Assembly (NCBI GenBank): GCA_012295275.1 | Contig: CM022665.1 | Coordinates: 47,554,001-47,618,000, forward strand | DNA length: 64,000 nucleotides | Source of the DNA: Chrysomallon squamiferum | Lineage: Eukaryota > Animalia > Mollusca | Direction: 5' to 3' | In this document: positions 55,965-64,000 of the stretch, one piece after another | Layout: every line of letters begins with the position of its first letter | Position numbering within the stretch: the first letter of the stretch is position 1 | Position numbers and translations under genes: made by a program | Notes under the pieces: model-generated | Database searches by the model: none | Told to the model about the DNA's origin: nothing | What the model saw: the letters and a program-made list of their open reading frames with translations, nothing else

Positions 55965-57310
55965 TTTATTGTTATGATAACATATTGTTCTAGGTTTACT
56001 AAGTATCAAGTTATCATTGTGATAATATCTTGTTCAATGTTTAGTAAGTATCGCAATTATCGTTATGATATCTTGTTCAAGGTTTACTAAGTATCGCAGT
56101 TATCATTATAATAATATCTTGTTCAAGGTTTACTAAGTATCGCAGTTACCATTGTGATAATATCTTGTTCATATTTTACTAAGTATCACAGTTATCATTA
56201 TGATAATATCTTGTTCAAGGTTTGCTAAGTATCACAGTTATCATTGTGATAATATCTTGTTCAAGGTTTACTAAGTATCACAGTCATCATTGTGATAATA
56301 TCTTGTTCAAGGTTTACTAAGTTATTATTGTGATAATATCTTGTTCTAGGTTTACTAAGTACCACAGTTATCATTGTGATAATATCTTGTTCAAGGTTTA
56401 CTAAGTATCACAGTTATCATTGTGATAATATCTTGTTCAAGGTTTACTAAGTATCGCAATTATCATTGTGATAATATCTTGTTCTAGGTTTACTTAGTAT
56501 CACAGTTATCATTGTGATAATATCTTGTTCAAGGTTTACTAAGTATCAAGTTATCATTATAATAATATCTTGTTCAATGTTTACTAAGTATTGCAGTTAC
56601 CATTATAATAATATCTTGTTCAAGGTTTACTAAGTATCGCAGTTATCATTATAATAATATCTTGTTCAAGGTTTACTAAGTATCGCAGTTATCATTATAA
56701 TAATATCTTGTTCTAGGTTTACTAAGTATCACAGTTATCATTGTGATAATATCTTGTTCAAGGTTTACTAAGTATCACAATTATCATTGTGATAATATCT
56801 TGTTCAAGGTTTACTTAGTATCACAGTTATCATTGTGATAATATCTTGTTCATATTTTACTAAGTATCACAGTTATCATTATGATAATATCTTGTTCTAA
56901 GGTTACTAAATATCGCAGTTATCATTATAATAATATCTTGTTCAAGGTTTACTAAGTATCGCAGTTATCATTATGATAATATCTTGTTCAAGGTTTACTA
57001 AGTATCGCAGTTATCATTATGATAATATCTTGTTCAATGTTTACTAAGTATGGCAGTTACCATTATAACAATATCTTGTTCAAGGTTTACTAAGTATCAC
57101 AGTTATCATTGTGATAATATCTTGTTCTAGGTTTACTAAGGATCACAGTTATTATTATGATAATATCTTGTTCAAGGTTTACTAAGTATCACAGTTATCA
57201 TTATGATAATATCTTGTTCTAGGTTTACTTAGTATCACAGTTATCATTATGATAATATCTTGTTCTAAGGTTACTAAATAACGCAGTTATGATTATGATA
57301 ATATCATGCT
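55965..57310. repeat. 46-bp minisatellite, about 29 copies, with internal palindrome TTATCA-ttg-TGATAA
   Basis: Unit tatcttgttcaaggtttactaagtatcacagttatcattgtgataa, arranged head-to-tail with no unique spacers. Confidence 0.95.
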
Positions 57311-59684
57311 CTCGATTTATTAAACACCACAGAGGCATCCAAATAAATGCAGCTTATTTAGAATCATACATAAAATGGTGGCTTTTCAAAGCAGTAGCAA
57401 CAAGACAAAAACATAAAATGATGGAGAGAAAAAATGCATCTTTAAAGTTATTACGACAATAAAAAGAAATTAGCTAATGGCATGTATTCTCTTCTGTCTT
57501 CATAAAATGTCATTAAACCTTTTATTCCACACAGATCTTTCTCTGCATACTTTGTTTTTGTCAAAGTGAAGATATGGAGTATGCTTTAGCAAAGAACATA
57601 ACTAACAAAATGTTGTGTAAAAAAACAACAACTGTAGTTTAAATTTTGTTTGGTCACCTGTGTACTACTGCTTGCCTTTAAAAATTTTATTTATCTTATA
57701 AAAATAGCTTGAAACTTTAAAATAAATAAATAAATATAAAATTTACTAATCAGTATCCAAGTAACAGTTAGATTGTCTGCATCATACAGAAGAAATCTGT
57801 TGCAAAGACTGAGGATATAAACATGATACTGATGGGAATTCTTTGCACGCCAGACATCTTCAAACGATTTAAAAACTGAAGTTTAGCAACATGAAATATT
57901 CATAAAAAGAGAAGAAGTAAAATATAAAAATAAAAATAATAAAAAATAAATTTAATAAGATGACGAAAACAAAACCAAAAACCGATGATAAAATCAAGTA
58001 ACATGGCAATTAGATGTTTAAAAACCAAAACAGAATACACCATTAAGAGGTATCTGTGATGTATCCAATATTTTTTTTTATTTTTTTTTCATTTTTTTTA
58101 TTTTTTTGAAGTCAGTTATGTGGTAAATAGTTTGCCAGTTAAGTATGATAGTTTGCACATTTTAACTTTTAACATAATCACCTACTCTTTTTTTTTAAAC
58201 TTCTACAAACATGAATAACTGTAGATAACAACTTTACATGTGTGTTTTACATAAAAAAAACCCTGAAAATTATCATTTTAGAAGCTGGTTTTTTTTTTTC
58301 AATCTATTTTTTAAAAATCATTATTTATTAGTTTTTTATTTTTAATATCAAGGAGATAGGGAAGTTTATGTCTTTTTCTTTAATATTTTTTTTCTTCTTA
58401 TTCTTTTCATTTTTTTTTAATCTTTTTTTTAAATTACATTTTATTGATTTTTAAATTTAAAAAAACACAGAACAACCATATTGTTGTAGTAGTAGACCTA
58501 TCTAATTTGATAGGAATAAAATAAAAATAATAAAGCTAAGTTTACAAATTCACATTTTAAACAAACCAAACCAAACTTGTCTTTACTAAACCAATTTATA
58601 AATCAATTTTTTTAATTTATTTTTTTATTCAAATTCAGACATTTTCAAAACCCAAAAGGGAATTCATTTCACTGTCTACAGAACCCAATCCATAAATCAA
58701 TGTTGGTTATTATTTGCAAACAGACCAATAATTGACAATTTTAGGTTTTCATCTGTCTAAGATGAGATGCAAATTTTTGCTTCAAAAGACTTTTTTTGAA
58801 ATAAAGCCAAATTCACACCACACGACTTGCAGTAATAATACATAGCATTACAACATTTAATGTATAATTTAAAAATGTTTTAGTATTTTATACATTTATT
58901 TATGTATCACAGTCAGTTTGTTTCTACAGGGAAAAAATAAATAAAAATTAAGTATCATCAAGATGTTGAGAAAACAACTCTTTGCTTGTAATGTATTTAT
59001 TTCAACATCAAATTCAGCAAAAGCATGAAACATGGAAATCAACATTGGGAGAAACCAATTTTTCAGCTGGAAACATATTTAAAACTGAGACACAAAGTGT
59101 ATAATGTCACATACAGTTCAGTTATATGTTACTAGTCAAAACAATATATCATGTGTGACTTTCAGATCACTATCATGTATTTAAGTATTTTTTGTTTTAT
59201 TTATTTTAACATTATGTTTATAATCAAAATTACCAGTATTGTAATAATTTAACTCTATTTACAATATTCTAATAGTCCAAATGGTCATTACAGACCAATA
59301 TCATAATAATTTAGTCATATTTACATTAAACTAATAGTCAAAATGACATCTCGTACATTGAAAATATCACTACTGAACAGTACAATAATAACTATAATTT
59401 AACTGTGTTTATGTTAATAGCCAAACTGTAAAGTCATACAGTGACTTCATACAGTGTCTACAATTTAGACCTTCTCGCGGTGTAATCTGGTTACATGCTG
59501 CAAGTTGGTGGATCAAGTTGAACAGTGAGATTGGCCCTTTATTTTTTTTTTTTAAATGAAAATCCATACTGGATATAGGATGACAGCATTCTGCCAGATC
59601 TGTTTCAATGAGGCAATCAGACGAATGCAACATGTTGATAATTTAGCTGATTGGCTCTGGTTATGGATGTGGATATGCTAATAG

Positions 59685-59699
59685 AGAGAAGAGAGAGAA

Positions 59700-59785
<86 letters not shown>

Positions 59786-59841
59786 TATTATTGATGACAT
59801 GATATTTAGTTGATTGCACCATGGCAATAGTTGTTGACAGG

Positions 59842-59904
<63 letters not shown>

Positions 59905-59991
59905 ACTGAATGGCTTTGAATGCAGGATGTATTATTGATGACATGATATTTAGTTGATTGCACCATGGCAATAGTTGTGCAGAGGTTAATG

Positions 59992-60031
<40 letters not shown>

Positions 60032-60120
60032 GGGGATATATGGCTGTGAATACAAGATGTATTATTGATGACTCGAGATATTCTGTTTAGAAGAATGAGT
60101 GATGCTGAGAAGAGAATGTG

Positions 60121-60181
<61 letters not shown>

Positions 60182-60261
60182 GAGATATGGCTTTGAATGC
60201 AGGATGTATTATTGATGACATGAGATTTTCTGTTTATGATGGCAATAGTTGTGCAGAGGTT

Positions 60262-60312
<51 letters not shown>

Positions 60313-60405
60313 GGGATATATGGCTGTGAATACAGGATGTATTATTGATGACTCGAGATATTCTGTTTATGAAGAATGAGTGATGCTGAGAAGAGAATGT
60401 GAATG
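59685..60405 (-). repeat. (GA)n-embedded repeat cluster containing inverted copies of the 67-bp unit at 37.1 kb
   Basis: 59926-59992 is the reverse complement of 37218-37284 with 3 mismatches by hand count. A partial copy lies at 59783-59834 and diverged copies run to about 60400. Confidence 0.9.
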
Positions 60406-60659
60406 AAAAACAAAAATATCTGTCAGTGTTATTGATCTGTTACACGCTGTTCACCAAGTCATCAACTAACAATAACAGTAACAATAACGGTAATAGTAAT
60501 AACAGTAATAGTGATAACAGTAATAGTAATAACAGTAATAGTGATAACCATGCTGATGATGATGAAGATAAAGAGGATTAAAGAGGAAACTCTGTAATGA
60601 TAATAATACTGGCAATGATAATGATGATGAATTAGTTCCTAAACAAGAATTAATGGTGA

Positions 60660-60691
<32 letters not shown>

Positions 60692-62781
60692 TAATAATAA
60701 TACTAACAATGATAGTGATGATAAATTAGTTCATAAAAAAGAAATAAAGGGTAAAATAGCAATAATAATAATAATGATGACATCAATAATAATAATAATT
60801 CATAATATCATTAATAATAATGATAATAATAATAGTAATAATAGTATTAATAACAAGAAAAAGAATCATAATAATAATAATACCTATAACAAAAATATCT
60901 ATATTATTATTTATAATAATAATAGTAGTAACATCTATGATAATATTTGTCTATACTTTAATAGAAAAAACAGATAAAAAACAAAGATAATAAAAAATGA
61001 ATAGTACATACAGATAAAGAACAAAGATAAAGAAATATAAATATAGTTTACCTGTGACAGTACATACAGATAAAGAACAAAGATAAAGAAATATAAACAT
61101 AGTTTATCTGTGACAGTACATATAGATAATCAGACACAGATGCTACATAAAAATATTTACATACATTATTTTCTCAGGTAATTTAAATATTTGAACTTCA
61201 TGAAACAAAAATACTTTATAACTTTCTAGATCTTTTAAAAAAAAAAAAAAAAAAGTATATGAACAGTTTTTCTTTGTTTCTTTAATATTTTTATTTCTGT
61301 TTCAAATTTATTTATTTATTTATTTATTTGTGTTTTATTTTAACTTTTAATTTTTATTTATTATTTATTATTTTTTTTTTATTATTATTATTTTTTTTTT
61401 TTAATTATTTATTTATCTACCTTTTTTCTTTTTCCTTTTTTTTTTTTTTTTTTTTTTTTTTATCTGCCTACCATTATTTAAAATCTCTTAAAGACTTGTG
61501 AAAAAAAACGTTCAGCAATAGTTGAAGTAAAATTATATAAAATAAAAAAACGCTTCTTAAAAATAATTAACATAAATTCAAAAAGTTGTTGGCAATTCCA
61601 AAAAAAAAAAAAAAAACAACCATAAACAACCAACTGCATAACTGTCTAAGTTAATAAAAAATTAGCCAAAAAAAGACCCCCCCCAAAAAAAAAAATCAAC
61701 ATCTCCTATTTGGCAAACATATTATATTATTACACTAAAAGCAAAAACTGACGTGAGAAAAGTTAACACCGTAGCCATCTCAATATTTCAGCCAACGTCT
61801 GTATCAACAGTTAGTGATGGATAAGAATTTGGTTATCTCAGCTGAAAAGCATGCATGAAAGTATTTGAAGATAAACGTGTATCACTGTGTAGAGACCACC
61901 TCAGCTGACAAAGGGTTAAATAAAGCAGCCAACTGTTATAAAATGCTGATTTCGTTTGTTGTACAACTGAGCAGTGGGGAAGAGTGAGTGAGAGATAAAA
62001 ATATGACAGTGAAATGATGATATTTACAACAACAAAACAAAAAATGCAGATGAATATGTAAATATATAGATAAATTACAGTTATGTATTTTAGCAACTTA
62101 CGTAAAATTTATATAAAATTAAAAATAAATATGTAATAGTAACACAGTAATAGCAATAAATGTGATCTCTTTTTTTTTACAGTAAGTTATGGATTTTTAT
62201 TACATTTTTGTTTTTTTTATTGATTTAAAATTCTTTAGTTTCAGTGGAATAATAATAATAATATTAATAATAATAATAATAATAACAATAATAATAATAA
62301 AATTAATAATAATAATAAAAATATTAATAATAATGATAATAATAAAAAAAAATTATAATAATAATAATGATAGTAACATCTTTATTGTACTCACATTATT
62401 GTGTAGGTATAATGTATCCAGAGGGAGAGGGAGAGAGAGGGAGAGAGAGAGAGAGAGAGAGGGGGAGAGTTTTTTTTGTTGTTTTTTTAATTAAAATTTT
62501 TTTTATCATTATTCTTAATTTAACAAATATATAACTGGGAAAATTATTTTCAACAAATTCAAAGTTTAAGCTGATGAATAACAAAATGATAAAAAAAAAA
62601 ACTTGTCTGTATGTGAAAACTTCTCAGAATTAAAACGTACAAACAAACGCAAAGTAAAATAATCACTGTTAATGTTCTGAAAATACCACTGACAAATAAT
62701 ACTTGTACGTCTTGTAATTAATTATTTTTCTATTGTACTTCTCAACAAACTCCTACCTTTAGTTACTAAATCATGTCTTAC

Positions 62782-62802
62782 TGGCCTTTTTGTGAAATAA
62801 TC
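62782..62802 (-). CDS. SLC8A: Candidate 21-nt NCX microexon (xLFHKKA) in the CBD2 alternative-splicing region
   Basis: Sense strand reads ttttttttttatccactttag|GATTATTTCACAAAAAGGCCA|gtaaga. Phase 1-1, no stop, with a CTTAC branch-like motif about 36 nt upstream. Confidence 0.5.
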
Positions 62803-64000
62803 CTAAAGTGGATAAAAAAAAAATACCTGACTGACTTGTAAGCTCTATTCAAATGTAGCAAAACAAAAGATTAATTCTTGTTGAAGATTACGTGAACCAT
62901 ATTTATAAAAAAATAAAAATAAAATACACAAAGAGACACACACACACAGAGAAACTCACACATTTCACATCACATATACACACAGAGATACACAAGTACA
63001 TATCTGCATCAAAGTAATGAGATGTTTTTATCTGCACTGGTTAAGAGATGTGTAATGATAACAGAAAAACACACAGCCAATATTCTGTAAGCAGTTCTTA
63101 ACCACTGGTAGATAGGGGTCTGTTGTCATAATATCACACACACACATTCGTTGATGGGTCACAGGCAAGATTGGGAAATAGCACAGTTTGTTCAGTGAGG
63201 AAGACTGACCATGTTGTCTGTTATTCATTGGGACTAGACTCAAACCAGTGAAACTCCATGATAAAATAATTTAGATTTAAAAGTGAACTTGCGTATATGT
63301 TTTCACTCTATCACTCTCTGTTACTTTATGCTGTACATAAATTTAATTGTCTCTTTTCTTTCTCTCAAGTATTTCTTTTAAACTTTTCTTTTTTTCCCCT
63401 TAAACATCTAAACCAAAACAAAAGGTTCACACACAGTGTTACAATGAAAATGTATTAGTGTTTAACCTCTCCAAGATTCGAGATCAAAACAGTATATATA
63501 TATTAAAAAAAAATCTAGTAGACTAGTTATTACCATTTTTTCCTTTCATTTTAAAGGGTCTTTTTTCCTTTTATTTTTATTTTTTTTATATTTTTTATTT
63601 TTTTTATTTTTATTTATTTATTTTTTTTATTATTATTTTTATTTTATTTTATTTTTTATTTTTTTTTTATATTATTTTATTTTATTGTTATTTTTTTTAT
63701 TATTTATTGAAAAATGTATGTCTCTGCACTAGAAATGAATACAAACATTATTCAAAGATTTACCTTTCCCTTCAAGGTGCTTTTGTTTTCAACAAACTAT
63801 TTACCATTCCAGTACTGTTTAACACTAAGTATAATAAAAAAAAATAAAAAAAAATTCTATTTTATTTCTATGAATTAAGTGCATTTAAAATAAAAAAAAT
63901 TTTAAAAAATGTTGTTGCTAACTGTTAAAAGTACCATGTAGAAGAAATATTTTTCTTTCCTAAATAACAAACAAAACAAAACAACAGAAAAAAATAAAAA

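Noticed and set aside
53315-57310. Regular 60-bp and 46-bp arrays as CRISPR
   Set aside because: Units are head-to-tail with no unique spacers, there are no cas genes, and the context is a eukaryotic intron.
63763-63800. Donor-like AAG|gtaaat as another microexon
   Set aside because: Candidate acceptors give an in-frame stop or a non-triplet length, and there is no pyrimidine tract.

Overview
AT-rich, microsatellite-dense eukaryotic genomic DNA with spliceosomal introns, most likely an invertebrate such as a mollusc (inferred from composition, not proven). No rRNA, tRNA or CRISPR array is visible. All recognisable host genes are on the minus strand. (1) An intronless 412-aa ORF and (2) a 118-aa ORF, both of unknown function. 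(3) A 4-exon trans-L-3-hydroxyproline dehydratase (L3HYPDH) with an apparent 2-nt frameshift in its last exon. (4) A decayed ISL2EU-like (PHIS group) DNA transposon: THAP domain, HTH/DDE_Tnp_4 transposase and a YqaJ exonuclease fragment. Its DDE part is broken, but the 5' part can be spliced into an uninterrupted ~445-aa THAP protein built from seven tandemly duplicated exons. (5) The last five coding exons of a Na+/Ca2+ exchanger (SLC8/NCX), plus candidate microexons near 62.8 kb; the 5' part of the gene lies beyond the window. The NCX introns hold many minisatellites next to splice sites, a Tigger4/MER46-like MITE, and an inverted repeat pair bracketing a frame-neutral 507-nt block of exons. 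All exon coordinates were read by hand and no searches were run.
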